This document shows positions 1 to 8,664 of a stretch of DNA of 64,000 bases, piece by piece. The DNA is from Clostridia bacterium (lineage in GTDB: Bacteria > Bacillota > Clostridia > Oscillospirales > RGIG5554). The translations under genes and the position numbers were made by a program. How positions within the stretch are numbered: position 1 is the first letter of the stretch; each line of letters begins with the position of its first letter. Location: the NCBI GenBank assembly GCA_017507855.1, contig JAFWAE010000026.1, positions 146,991 through 210,990 on the forward strand, in the 5' to 3' direction. A model generated the notes under the pieces. That model saw nothing but the letters and a program-made list of their open reading frames with translations, made no database searches and had not been told where the DNA came from.

Positions 1-646
1 TCTCCTTCCAGCCGGAGATGCATTTTTCCACCAGCACCTGGGTGATGGGAGACAGGGCCAGGCCGTTGCGGGCGATCTCGTCCAGCTCGGCGCGGTTGTA
101 CACGATGCCGCCGCCGGAGCCGCCCAGAGTAAAGGCGGGGCGAATGATCACGGGGTAACCGATCTCCTCGGCAAAGGCCTCCGCATCCTCCACCGTGGTC
201 ACCACCTTGGAGGGAATGCAGGGCTGACCGATGCTTTCCATGGTGTCCTTAAAGATCTGACGGTCCTCTGCCTTGTCAATAGTTTCGGGAGAGGCCCCCA
301 GCAGGCGCACGTTGTGGGATTCCAAAAAGCCTTCCTTGGCCAACTGCATAGACAGGGTCAGGCCCGTCTGGCCGCCAAAGCCGGACAAAATGCTGTCGGG
401 CCGTTCTTTTTCAATGATGCGCTTGATGGTAGTCAGATTCAGCGGTTCGATATATACGCGGTCCGCCACGGCCGTATCGGTCATGATGGTGGCGGGGTTA
501 GAGTTGACCAGCACGATCTCGATGCCGTCCTGCTTCAGGGCGCGGCAGGCCTGGGTACCGGCGTAGTCAAATTCTGCGGCCTGGCCGATGACGATGGGGC
601 CCGAGCCGATGACCAGGACTTTTTTGATTTTAGGATTCAAAGGCAT
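1..646 (-). CDS. carB: carbamoyl-phosphate synthase large subunit, N-terminal part (gene runs off the window start)
   Basis: Reverse-strand translation from ATG 646-644 gives [57 protein letters not shown]..., the canonical CarB N-terminus. GGGAGGA RBS lies 9 nt upstream. It starts 24 nt after the carA stop. It is open to the window edge, so it is missing from the ORF track. Confidence 0.92.
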   Translation of the reverse strand, partial: MPLNPKIKKVLVIGSGPIVIGQAAEFDYAGTQACRALKQDGIEIVLVNSNPATIMTDTAVADRVYIEPLNLTTIKRIIEKERPDSILSGFGGQTGLTLSMQLAKEGFLESHNVRLLGASPETIDKAEDRQIFKDTMESIGQPCIPSKVVTTVEDAEAFAEEIGYPVIIRPAFTLGGSGGGIVYNRAELDEIARNGLALSPITQVLVEKCISGWKE

Positions 647-670
647 ATGTTTTCGTCCTCCCTTCGGTAA

Positions 671-1735
671 TTAGGCCATCATGGCCGTAAAGCGGTCAAA
701 CAGAAATTCCGTATCCAAAGGACCGCCGCAGGCTTCCGGGTGGAATTGAACACCGAAGGCCGGCATATGATGATACAGCACGCCTTCGCAGGTGCCGTCG
801 TTGACGTTGACGAACATCTGCTCACAGATCCGGGGATCCAGACTGGCGGGGTCGATGGCGTAGCCGTGACTTTGGGCGGAAATATAGATGCGGCCGGTGC
901 AGCAGTCCTTAACGGGCTGATTTTCACCGCGGTGACCGTATTTCATTTTTACGGAGGAGGCACCGTTGGCCAGGGCCAGCAGCTGGTAACCCAGGCAGAT
1001 GCCGAAGGTGGGGATCTTGTGAGGCAGCAGCTTTTTCAGCTCCTCCACCATGGCGGGGTTCAAGGTGGGGTCGCCGGGGCCGTTGGACAGCATCAGTCCG
1101 TCGGGCTTCAGGGCCAGTACTTCCTCTGCCGTGGAGGTGCAGGGAAGCACGGTCACGCGGCAGCCTCGCTTTACCAGGTTTTCCACAATGCTGCGTTTGT
1201 AGCCGTAATCCAGCATGACTACGTGCTTGGAGGCGTCCTCTGCTCCGAAAACTTGCTTTTCACGGCAGGAAACGGCTTCTACCGCCCCTTTCAGCTGCAG
1301 ATTTTGCAGGGAGGAAAGGTCTGCCTTGGCGGGATCGTCGGTAATCAGGCAGTTCATGGTGCCGTGCTCCCGCAAAATACGGGTGAGGGTGCGCGTATCG
1401 ATGCCGCAAAGGCCTACCACACCCGCCTTGCGCAACAGCTCGTCCAGCTTTCCTTCACAGCGGAAGTTGGAGGGGAAATCGCAAAGCTCACGCACGATGT
1501 AGGCGGCAGGAGTCAGCGCGTCGGCCTCAAAATCGGCGGGAATGACCCCATAATTGCCGATCAAGGGGAATGTCTGCACAACGGCTTGACCGTAAAAGCT
1601 TTTGTCGGTCAAGGCTTCCAAATAGCCGGTCATGGCTGTGGAAAAAACGATCTCCGCGCGGACCTCGCCCTCGGCGCCGCAGGAGAAGCCCTGGAACACC
1701 TTGCCGTTTTCCAGGATCAGATAAGCTTTTTTCAT
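671..1735 (-). CDS. carA: carbamoyl-phosphate synthase small (glutamine amidotransferase) subunit
   Basis: ORF 671..1738. Sequence MKKAYLILENGKVFQGFSCGAEGE...TFPLIGNYGV...GICLGYQLLA...HGYA is typical CarA with a class-I GATase Cys elbow. ATG at 1735 is preferred over GTG at 1738 because GGAGGA sits 7 nt upstream. Confidence 0.93.
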   Translation of the reverse strand: MKKAYLILENGKVFQGFSCGAEGEVRAEIVFSTAMTGYLEALTDKSFYGQAVVQTFPLIGNYGVIPADFEADALTPAAYIVRELCDFPSNFRCEGKLDELLRKAGVVGLCGIDTRTLTRILREHGTMNCLITDDPAKADLSSLQNLQLKGAVEAVSCREKQVFGAEDASKHVVMLDYGYKRSIVENLVKRGCRVTVLPCTSTAEEVLALKPDGLMLSNGPGDPTLNPAMVEELKKLLPHKIPTFGICLGYQLLALANGASSVKMKYGHRGENQPVKDCCTGRIYISAQSHGYAIDPASLDPRICEQMFVNVNDGTCEGVLYHHMPAFGVQFHPEACGGPLDTEFLFDRFTAMMA

Positions 1736-1804
1736 CACGATTCCTCCAATAAAGATTCAACAAACCAAACTCATAAAAAAGGGAATAGCTTTGCGGCGGC
1801 AGGG

Positions 1805-1851
1805 GGCAAAACTCAAAGAAACGGATAACCGACCCAGGCGGTTACCCGTTT
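1805..1851 (-). promoter_or_regulatory. attenuator-like hairpin plus U-rich tract in the carA 5' leader
   Basis: On the minus strand, AAACGGGTAACCG-CCTGGGT-CGGTTATCCGTTT (plus coordinates 1819-1851) forms a 13-bp stem with one G-U pair. It is followed by CTTTGAGTTTTG. It lies about 80 nt upstream of the carA start, inside a ~300-nt leader. Confidence 0.4.
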
Positions 1852-2046
1852 ACATGAAATGACGAAAGACCCCTGCACAGGTTCGGACGAACGCCGTACC
1901 GTGGCGGAGGGAGGTGTGCTGCATGCTGCCGCTGAAGCCGAAAAAGGAAACGGAGGAGCCAAAACGGCCTTGTCCCATTTCCCGGGAAAAGCTTTGCTTT
2001 TGCATGGCTCGCCGAACCCCTTTCCTCTTGATTCTTCTGACACAAA

Positions 2047-2075
2047 AGTATATCACAAAAGCCTTTTTCCGTCAA
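2047..2075 (-). promoter_or_regulatory. candidate sigma-A promoter for carAB
   Basis: Minus strand reads TTGACG, 17-nt spacer, TATACT. Confidence 0.4.
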
Positions 2076-2202
2076 GGGGAGAGGCGTGAATAAATCACCA
2101 AAAATGAGAGGAAAATTTTCTTGAATCTTGGAGGCATCGTGGAAAGAAAAAGCTCATAAGATGGAGCATGGGGCTCAAACAACCGAAGGGGAGGCAAGCG
2201 GG

Positions 2203-2889
2203 ATGCTTTTACAATGGCTGACCAGGATGTTTTTCCTGTTTTTACGGGTAACCAACGCAGACAATTTTCCGCGTCCGTTAAGCGCCGCTGAGGAAAGGGT
2301 CTGCCTGGAGGCCGCGGCCAAGGGGGACGAGGGGGCGCGAAACCGCCTTATTGAATGCAATTTGAGGCTGGTGGCTCATCTGATCAAAAAATACTACCCC
2401 GGGGCGGGGGCAGAGAGCGAGGATCTGCTGAGCATCGGCACCATCGGCCTGATCAAGGCGGTGGACACCTATACCGGGGGAAAGGGAGCTCGCTTGGCCA
2501 CCTACGCTTCCCGTTGTATTGAAAACGAGATCCTGATGTATTTTCGCGCCAACAAAAAGCTCAGCGGGGAGGTGTCCATGAACGAGCCCATTGACACGGA
2601 CAGCGAGGGAAATGCCTTGACCCTGATGGAGGTCATTTGCGCGGAGGATACGGTGACGGAGGTCGTCGAGCTGAAGCTGCGCACCGAGCGCCTGGAACGG
2701 GCTCTGCAAACGGTCCTTTCCCCCCGTGAAAGGGAGATCGTGGAGGCCAGGTACGGCCTGGGAGAAACCCGCGCTCAGCCCCAAAGGGAGGTGGCTGAGC
2801 GCTTGGGCATTTCCCGTTCCTACGTCAGCCGTATTGAGAAGGCGGCCTTGGGAAAGCTGAGAGCGGAACTGGAAAGGCCCGAGAAATAA
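2203..2889 (+). CDS. sigK: sporulation sigma factor SigK (pro-sigma-K), uninterrupted
   Basis: NADNFPRPLSAAEERVCLEAAAKGDEGARNRLIECNLRLVAHLIKKY...LSIGTIGLIKAVDTY...LATYASRCIENEILMYFRA...ISRSYVSRIEKAALGKL matches the SigK pattern (NAFPQPLS..AKGD..NLRLVAHI). ATG 2203 has GGGGAGG 8 nt upstream. The track ORF begins at 2128. Confidence 0.85.
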   Translation: MLLQWLTRMFFLFLRVTNADNFPRPLSAAEERVCLEAAAKGDEGARNRLIECNLRLVAHLIKKYYPGAGAESEDLLSIGTIGLIKAVDTYTGGKGARLATYASRCIENEILMYFRANKKLSGEVSMNEPIDTDSEGNALTLMEVICAEDTVTEVVELKLRTERLERALQTVLSPREREIVEARYGLGETRAQPQREVAERLGISRSYVSRIEKAALGKLRAELERPEK

Positions 2890-2921
2890 AAAAAGACAGA
2901 GCGGCAGGCTCTGTCTTTTTC
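2888..2921. terminator. bidirectional rho-independent terminator between convergent sigK and glyQS
   Basis: A-run, then GACAGAGC-GGCAG-GCTCTGTC, then TTTTT. Confidence 0.75.
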
Positions 2922-2932
2922 GGTTTGAAAAG

Positions 2933-4330
2933 TTAGAATTCCAGCTTTTCGCGGATCCAGGGAAGAAGCTGATCGATAGGCAAGCGGGTCTGCTCCATGC
3001 TGTCGCGCTCGCGCACGGTGACACAGCCGTCGGTCTCGGAATCAAAATCGTAGGTGACGCAGAAGGGCGTGCCGATCTCGTCCTGGCGGCGGTAGCGCTT
3101 GCCGATGGAGCCGGCATCGTCGTAGTCACACATGAAATGCTTGGCCAAATTGGCGTACACTTCACCCGCAGGATCTGCCAGCTTTTTGGAAAGGGGTAGC
3201 ACGGCCACCTTGTAGGGGGCCAGGAAGGGGTGCAGGCGCAGCACGGTGCGCACGTCGTTCTTTTCCGCATCCACCACTTCCTCGTCGTAGGCGTCCACCA
3301 GCAGGGCCAGGGCGGCGCGGTCGGCACCCAGGGAGGGCTCTACTACGTAAGGAATATATTTTTCATTCTTTTCCTGATCGAAATACTCCATGCTTTCGCC
3401 GGAGCAGGTCTGGTGGCACTTCAGGTCAAAATCGGTGCGGTCGGCAATGCCCCAAAGCTCGCCCCAACCGAAGGGGAAGAGGAATTCAAAGTCGGTAGTG
3501 GCCTTGGAATAGTGGGAAAGCTCTTCTTTTTCGTGGTCGCGCAGGCGGAGGTTCTCCTCCTTCATGCCCAAGGCAAGCAGGAAATTGCGGCAATAGTCCT
3601 TCCAGTAGGCAAACCACTCCAGATCCGTGCCGGGGGCGCAGAAAAATTCCAGCTCCATTTGCTCGAATTCACGGGTGCGGAAGGTAAAGTTGCCGGGCGT
3701 GATCTCGTTGCGGAAGCTTTTGCCCACCTGAGCCACGCCGAAGGGGATCTTGCGGCGGGTGGTGCGCTGTACGTTTTTGAAGTTGACGAAGATGCCCTGG
3801 GCCGTTTCGGGACGCAGGTAGATCTCGGTGGAGGAATCCTCCGTTACGCCCTGGAAGGTCTTGAACATCATGTTGAACTTGCGGATGTCGGTGAAGTTGC
3901 AAGAGCCGCAACCGGGGCAGGTCACGTTATTGTCGCGGATATATTGGGTCATGGCTTCGTTGGTCATGCCCTCCACCTTCATGGTGATGCCGTTGGCTTC
4001 GTTGTAGGCCTCAATAAGTTGGTCGGCGCGGTGGCGCATTTTACAGGTCTTGCAGTCTACCAGCGGGTCGTTGAAGTTGACCACGTGGCCGGAGGCGACC
4101 CAGGTTTGAGGGTTCATGAGGATGGCGCAGTCCAGGCCCACGTTATAGGGGGATTCCTGCACGAATTTTTTCCACCAGGCGCGTTTGACGTTGTTTTTGA
4201 ACTCCACGCCCAAAGGACCGTAGTCCCAGGTGTTGGCCAAGCCGCCGTAGATCTCGCTGCCGGGATAGATATAGCCGCGGCCTTTGCACAAAGCCACGAT
4301 CTTTTCCATGGTCTTTTCGCTGTTTAACAT
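2933..4330 (-). CDS. glyQS: glycine--tRNA ligase (class II, single-chain GlyQS type)
   Basis: 465-aa ORF: [50 protein letters not shown]...[36 protein letters not shown] precedes ATG 4330. Confidence 0.95.
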   Translation of the reverse strand: MLNSEKTMEKIVALCKGRGYIYPGSEIYGGLANTWDYGPLGVEFKNNVKRAWWKKFVQESPYNVGLDCAILMNPQTWVASGHVVNFNDPLVDCKTCKMRHRADQLIEAYNEANGITMKVEGMTNEAMTQYIRDNNVTCPGCGSCNFTDIRKFNMMFKTFQGVTEDSSTEIYLRPETAQGIFVNFKNVQRTTRRKIPFGVAQVGKSFRNEITPGNFTFRTREFEQMELEFFCAPGTDLEWFAYWKDYCRNFLLALGMKEENLRLRDHEKEELSHYSKATTDFEFLFPFGWGELWGIADRTDFDLKCHQTCSGESMEYFDQEKNEKYIPYVVEPSLGADRAALALLVDAYDEEVVDAEKNDVRTVLRLHPFLAPYKVAVLPLSKKLADPAGEVYANLAKHFMCDYDDAGSIGKRYRRQDEIGTPFCVTYDFDSETDGCVTVRERDSMEQTRLPIDQLLPWIREKLEF

Positions 4331-4373
4331 AAGTCAATCCCTTTCTCGGTTAATGGTCTTGTATGATTCAGGC

Positions 4374-5273
4374 TTACAGGTCCAAGTAAGGGCCGAAAGC
4401 CGTGTTGAACAATGCTTTTGGGGGCGGGTCGCCCGGAGCGCGTACACAAAGGTCCTCGCAGGAGGGGAAGCGGACGGTCAGACCGTTGTCCTGCACCAGA
4501 CAAGTGCCTGCCGCATTTTCCGCCACGTCCTTGAGAAAACTGCCTTCCGCTGAGGCCAAAGCCCGTTCGGCCTGTACTCCTTCGAAGTGGACGTACGTGT
4601 GCCGCAGGTCTTCCGACAGGCGAAGGGTAAAGGGCCCTTGCTCCAGTAGATGACTGACGAAAAAGTAGAAGGCCTGATGTAAAGAAAGCTCGTCTGCTTT
4701 GACCATGGCAGAAAGCATGGGCAAACGGAAGGTGACGGGTGCCCGCTGGGCGGGCAGGGCCCCTTGCAACAGCTTTTGCATCTGGTCAAACAGCACGTTG
4801 AGGCAAACGGGGTAGCAGGAGGGCGTATTGGCACAAAGCAACAGCTTGACGTGCTCGCGGTAGAGCATATCGGCACGGTACAGACTGCGAAAATGGCGCA
4901 TTACCGTTTCCAACTGCATTTTGTGCTTGGGAAGGCGGTCGGCCAGCTCCTTAACGGCGGTGTAGGTTTGCTGTAAGGGAAGGCAGAGCAATTGGCCGTC
5001 CTGCTCCAGGGCGGTCAAATGCGCCAGCAACGGGTGGCTTCTGACCTCCATGACGCAGGCCCGTCCGTTTTCCAGGGGAATGTAAGCGAACAGTTTGCCC
5101 CGCAGGGGGAAAACCCCGGCACCGCCGGACAGCGTATCGGGGAGGGGAAAACGCTCCCCTTCCGATAGGGAAAAGGGCATGTGGGAGGTGTGCTCGGCAG
5201 ATAGGACCTTCCCTTCCTCGTCCAGGATCCAGCGGGGCAGATACGCCTGCGGGATCAAAGAAGAGAAAGCCAT
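4374..5273 (-). CDS. hypothetical cytoplasmic protein (299 aa), translationally coupled to pfkA
   Basis: Intact ORF with host-like GC3 bias. Its ATG overlaps the pfkA TGA (TGATG at 5271-5275), and it ends 44 nt before glyQS. I recognise no motif. Confidence 0.65.
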   Translation of the reverse strand: MAFSSLIPQAYLPRWILDEEGKVLSAEHTSHMPFSLSEGERFPLPDTLSGGAGVFPLRGKLFAYIPLENGRACVMEVRSHPLLAHLTALEQDGQLLCLPLQQTYTAVKELADRLPKHKMQLETVMRHFRSLYRADMLYREHVKLLLCANTPSCYPVCLNVLFDQMQKLLQGALPAQRAPVTFRLPMLSAMVKADELSLHQAFYFFVSHLLEQGPFTLRLSEDLRHTYVHFEGVQAERALASAEGSFLKDVAENAAGTCLVQDNGLTVRFPSCEDLCVRAPGDPPPKALFNTAFGPYLDL

Positions 5274-6250
5274 CAGAAGGAGATCTCCTCGTTCATTTCG
5301 ATCAGGCTTCGGTCCACGGACTTGGTCATGCGAAGGGCTTCTTCGATATCCACGGCGGTGATGTCGTCCTTACGCATAGCCACGACCAGGTTGGAACGGC
5401 CTTCCAGCAGCAGGTCCACAGCCTTGTGACCCATGCGGGTGGCGATCACACGGTCGCGCACGGTGGGGGTGCCGCCGCGTTGTACGTGGCCCAGCACGGT
5501 GGCGCGGGTCTCGATGCCGGTTTCTTTTTCGATCTTGGCGGTCAGCTCTTGGGTGACTCCCGCACCCTCGGACACCATGACGATGAAATGATGGCGACCG
5601 GCTTCCTTGCAAGCTTTTACACGGGCCACGATCTTGTCCATATCCACGGGAAGCTCGCCCACGGCAATGGCGCAGGCGCCGGTAGCGGTGCCTGCATCGG
5701 CGGCGATATGACCGGCGGCGCGTCCCATGACCTCGACCACGGAGCAACGCAGGTGAGACTGGCAGGTGTCCGCCAGACGGTCTACCATTTGGATGACGGT
5801 GTTGACGGCCGTATCGTAGCCGATGGAATAGTCGGTGGAGGAAATATCGTTATCAATGGTGCAGGGGATCGCCACGCAGGGAACGCCTCTGCGAGTCAGG
5901 TCCAGCGCGCCGCGGAACGTACCGTCGCCGCCGCAAGCCACGATGCCGTCGATCTTGTTTTCACGGCAGGCCTCAATGGCGCGGGCCATTCCTTCTTCGG
6001 TTTTAAAATCCAGACAGCGGGCCGTATACAGCATGGTGCCGCCCCGTTGAAGAATATCGGATACGTCGCGGGCGTCCAGCAGCTTCATTTCGCCGTTGAT
6101 CAGGCCGTTATATCCGTTGTAAATGCCCATCACTTCCACCCCGCGGGCCAGGGCCGTGCGGGTCACGGCGCGGACGGCGGCGTTCATACCCGGGGCGTCT
6201 CCTCCGGAGGTCAGCACCCCGATGCGGCGGAATTTCTTGGCTTCCTGCAT
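5273..6250 (-). CDS. pfkA: ATP-dependent 6-phosphofructokinase
   Basis: RIGVLTSGGDAPGMNAAVRAV...GYNGL...GGDGTFRGA...PCTIDNDI...MGR...GH.QRGG motifs are present. ATG 6250 is preferred (GAAAGGA 10 nt upstream). The track start at 6256 is TTG. Confidence 0.93.
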   Translation of the reverse strand: MQEAKKFRRIGVLTSGGDAPGMNAAVRAVTRTALARGVEVMGIYNGYNGLINGEMKLLDARDVSDILQRGGTMLYTARCLDFKTEEGMARAIEACRENKIDGIVACGGDGTFRGALDLTRRGVPCVAIPCTIDNDISSTDYSIGYDTAVNTVIQMVDRLADTCQSHLRCSVVEVMGRAAGHIAADAGTATGACAIAVGELPVDMDKIVARVKACKEAGRHHFIVMVSEGAGVTQELTAKIEKETGIETRATVLGHVQRGGTPTVRDRVIATRMGHKAVDLLLEGRSNLVVAMRKDDITAVDIEEALRMTKSVDRSLIEMNEEISF

Positions 6251-6383
6251 AATCAAACAGTCCTTTCGTGTGTGTGCAAAATATAGCTCTGCCTCGAGCA
6301 GAATCTTATCTGAATTATTTTATCTCATTAAGGAAGAAAAAGCAAGGCTTTTGAAGGAAGAAGAAGCAATTTTTTTGCCGCAC

Positions 6384-6412
6384 TTGACAGAAGAAGGGCA
6401 AAAACGTATAAT
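6384..6412 (+). promoter_or_regulatory. consensus sigma-A promoter upstream of the CPBP protease gene
   Basis: TTGACA (6384-6389), 17-nt spacer, TATAAT (6407-6412). Confidence 0.6.
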
Positions 6413-6468
6413 AAGCGCAGAAAAAGAAAGACTTTTCACGAAATAGATTGCAAGGGGAGAGGAATCGG

Positions 6469-7467
6469 ATGGAACCTGAGATCCGTGCGGCAACCACCCG
6501 TCGCGCTCGACGCACTTTTGCCAGGGTGCACGGCAGCGTGGCAGTGTTTTTCGGGGTGTTTTTGTTGACGGCCTTTTTGTTGGTGCTTTTACTGCCAAAG
6601 GTCATGGCCAATACCCCCGTCTCCCAGGTCGTTTCCACGGTGCTGGTATATGCCGTGTCTCTGCCCCTGGCTGCCTGTGTTTTTATAGGGTTGCCTGCCT
6701 CTCCGCCCCCAAGGGGCACCGAGGGGGGCGCCGCCCAAACGGCCAAGGATTTTTGCATGGCTATTGCGGCCATGTACGGGGGCAACTGGCTTTCCCTGGC
6801 TTTGGCCGCTTTGCTGGGAAGCCTGACGGGTATGCAGATCGTCAACCCCGTGGAGCAGGCCCTGAGCACCGATGCCGGCTGGGTGATCACGGCGGCCATG
6901 GCTGTGCTGATCGCCCCTTTGGCCGAGGAACTGTTCTTCCGCAAGTTGATGATCGACCGCCTGCGCCCCTATGGAGAAAAAACGGCGATTTTGATCTCCG
7001 CGTTGCTGTTTGGTTGCTTTCACGGCAATATCCACCAATTTTTTTACGCCTTTTTCATCGGGCTTTTGTTCGGCTATCTGTACGTGCGCAGCGGAAGCCT
7101 GCGGCGGACTTGGTTGCTCCACGCCCTGGTCAATTTCTTTGGCGGGGTGGTGGGCCCCCTGGTCAGCCGTTTGATGCTGGGAATTGAGCTGCCAGACCCC
7201 CAACAAGCTGAGGATTTTATGGCGGCCTTCGGACAGGCTCTGCCTGCCTTCGTGGTGTCTATGCTGTACGTGATCCTTTGCCTGGGCATGGCGGTGGCAG
7301 GGGTGGTGCTTTGGGTGCGGGAGCTGAAGAAAGTCAAGGACAGGCCCTTACAGGCAGACACGGAAGGGCTCAGCCGCCGCCAAGTGGTCCTTTGCGCCCT
7401 GTTTAACGTGGGCACCCTTGCGGCTGTGGCGGGGACGCTGTATATGATGCTCATCAACCTGAACTGA
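6469..7467 (+). CDS. CPBP-family (CAAX/Abi-type) intramembrane metalloprotease
   Basis: Multi-pass hydrophobic protein with APLAEELFFRKLM, LLFGCFHGN and LHALVNFF motifs (EExxxR / FxxxH / HxxxN pattern). ATG 6469 follows GGGGAGAGG. The track start at 6448 is TTG. Confidence 0.85.
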   Translation: MEPEIRAATTRRARRTFARVHGSVAVFFGVFLLTAFLLVLLLPKVMANTPVSQVVSTVLVYAVSLPLAACVFIGLPASPPPRGTEGGAAQTAKDFCMAIAAMYGGNWLSLALAALLGSLTGMQIVNPVEQALSTDAGWVITAAMAVLIAPLAEELFFRKLMIDRLRPYGEKTAILISALLFGCFHGNIHQFFYAFFIGLLFGYLYVRSGSLRRTWLLHALVNFFGGVVGPLVSRLMLGIELPDPQQAEDFMAAFGQALPAFVVSMLYVILCLGMAVAGVVLWVRELKKVKDRPLQADTEGLSRRQVVLCALFNVGTLAAVAGTLYMMLINLN

Positions 7468-7475
7468 CAAAGCAA

Positions 7476-7512
7476 AAGAAAACGGACGGTCTTGCGGACC
7501 GTCCGTTTTTTG
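7476..7512. terminator. bidirectional rho-independent terminator
   Basis: AACGGACGGTC-TTGCG-GACCGTCCGTT followed by TTTT, with an A-rich 5' flank. It lies between convergent genes. Confidence 0.8.
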
Positions 7513-7534
7513 TTTGTTGAAAGGGGAGCGGGGC

Positions 7535-7975
7535 TTAGTGACAGCCGCACTCACACTCGTCTTCGCAATCGCCGTCGCAGTCACAGCCACAGCAACCGCA
7601 TTCCAGCTCCTCGGGATCCAGGGGCTTGTTGCAGGCAGGGCAAATGATCTTATCGTCCTCGAACATTTCGGGCAGCATGACGAATTCCTCGCCGCATTCG
7701 GGGCAGCTGACGCAGCAGCAATCCTCATCCCAATCGTCGTCCTCGTCTTCGTCTTCATCATCCAGGAAATCTTCCACGTCGGCCAGATCCTCGTCCACCT
7801 CTTCCAGGTAGTCCTCCAGCTCGGCGGTCTTGTCTTCCAGATCAGACACGGTCAAGGCCGTATCCTCCAGCACGTCGGCAATGGCGTTAAAGACCTTTTC
7901 CGTCTTAGGATCCAGTTCGCCGGCATAGGCGGACAGCAGGCCCTTCAGGTAGGCAACCTTTTCGCTTAAAGTCAT
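7535..7975 (-). CDS. small acidic zinc-ribbon protein with a Cys-rich C-terminal tail (resembles Clostridial CD1247-N-domain proteins found downstream of efp)
   Basis: 146 aa: helical N-terminus, D/E-rich linker (DDEDEDEDDDWDED), CPECG...CPACN zinc ribbon and the tail ECGCCGCDCDGDCEDECECGCH. GAGGAGG RBS lies 7 nt before ATG 7975. It starts 39 nt downstream of efp. Confidence 0.75.
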   Translation of the reverse strand: MTLSEKVAYLKGLLSAYAGELDPKTEKVFNAIADVLEDTALTVSDLEDKTAELEDYLEEVDEDLADVEDFLDDEDEDEDDDWDEDCCCVSCPECGEEFVMLPEMFEDDKIICPACNKPLDPEELECGCCGCDCDGDCEDECECGCH

Positions 7976-8014
7976 GAAAAATCCTCCTCAAATTTAAAAT
8001 GAAAACAATGTGGG

Positions 8015-8578
8015 TTATGCGTTCACGCGCTCCAGATACTCGCCGGTGCGGGTGTCGATCTTGATGGTGTCGCCGATATCGATGAACAGGGGGACCTTCA
8101 CCTCGGCGCCGGTTTCCACCGTGGCGGGCTTGGTCACGTTGGTGGCGGTGTCGCCGCGGAAGCCGGGCTCGGTCTCGGTGATCTTCAGCAACACGAAGGA
8201 AGGCAGATCCACGCCGAAGACGTTGCCCTTGTAGGACAGCACCTTCACGTTGGTATTTTCCTTGATGTACTCAAAGCCGTCGCCCAGCATGTCCGCATTC
8301 AGGGGCATCTGCTCGTAGGTTTCGGTGTCCATAAAATAGTACAGCTCGCCGTCGTTGTAGAGATATTCCATTTCGCGACGCTCCACGAAGGCGGGGGGGA
8401 ACTTGTCGGTGGGGTTAAAGGTGCGCTCGATCACCGCGCCGGAAATGACGTTGCGGATCTTGGTACGCACGAAAGCGGCGCCTTTGCCGGGCTTTACGTG
8501 TTGAAATTCGATGATCTGGTACACGTCACCGTCCATGTCAAAAGTTACGCCGTTACGAAATTCACCTGCAGAAATCAT
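8015..8578 (-). CDS. efp: elongation factor P
   Basis: [44 protein letters not shown]... contains the canonical KPGKG loop. 187 aa. Confidence 0.97.
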   Translation of the reverse strand: MISAGEFRNGVTFDMDGDVYQIIEFQHVKPGKGAAFVRTKIRNVISGAVIERTFNPTDKFPPAFVERREMEYLYNDGELYYFMDTETYEQMPLNADMLGDGFEYIKENTNVKVLSYKGNVFGVDLPSFVLLKITETEPGFRGDTATNVTKPATVETGAEVKVPLFIDIGDTIKIDTRTGEYLERVNA

Positions 8579-8628
8579 AGGTTTATCCTCCAGTTAAAAA
8601 ATTTACTGATTCGCTCGATTTTCATTTT

Positions 8629-8657
8629 ATTATATCCCATTATCCGATTTTTTTCAA
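8629..8657 (-). promoter_or_regulatory. candidate sigma-A promoter for efp
   Basis: Minus strand reads TTGAAA, 17-nt spacer, TATAAT, about 50 nt upstream of the efp ATG. Confidence 0.5.
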
Positions 8658-8664
8658 GGGATTT

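Noticed and set aside
1833-1902. Specific riboswitch class for the carA leader: ZTP-like CCGCCUGGG (plus coordinates 1833-1841) and T-box-like ACGGUACGGCG (1892-1902)
   Set aside because: Only isolated short resemblances are present. The other conserved sub-domains (ZTP 5' pseudoknot domain, T-box stem I specifier/AG bulge) could not be found by eye, so no class is claimed.
2128-2202. N-terminal 25-codon extension of the sigK ORF
   Set aside because: ATG 2203 has a well-spaced GGGGAGG RBS and yields a pro-sequence of normal length before the conserved NAFP.PLS region. The upstream extension is hydrophilic and atypical.
2203-2889. Possible skin-like intervening element splitting sigK
   Set aside because: The gene is continuous through regions 2-4, and no recombinase is nearby. 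It is not interrupted.
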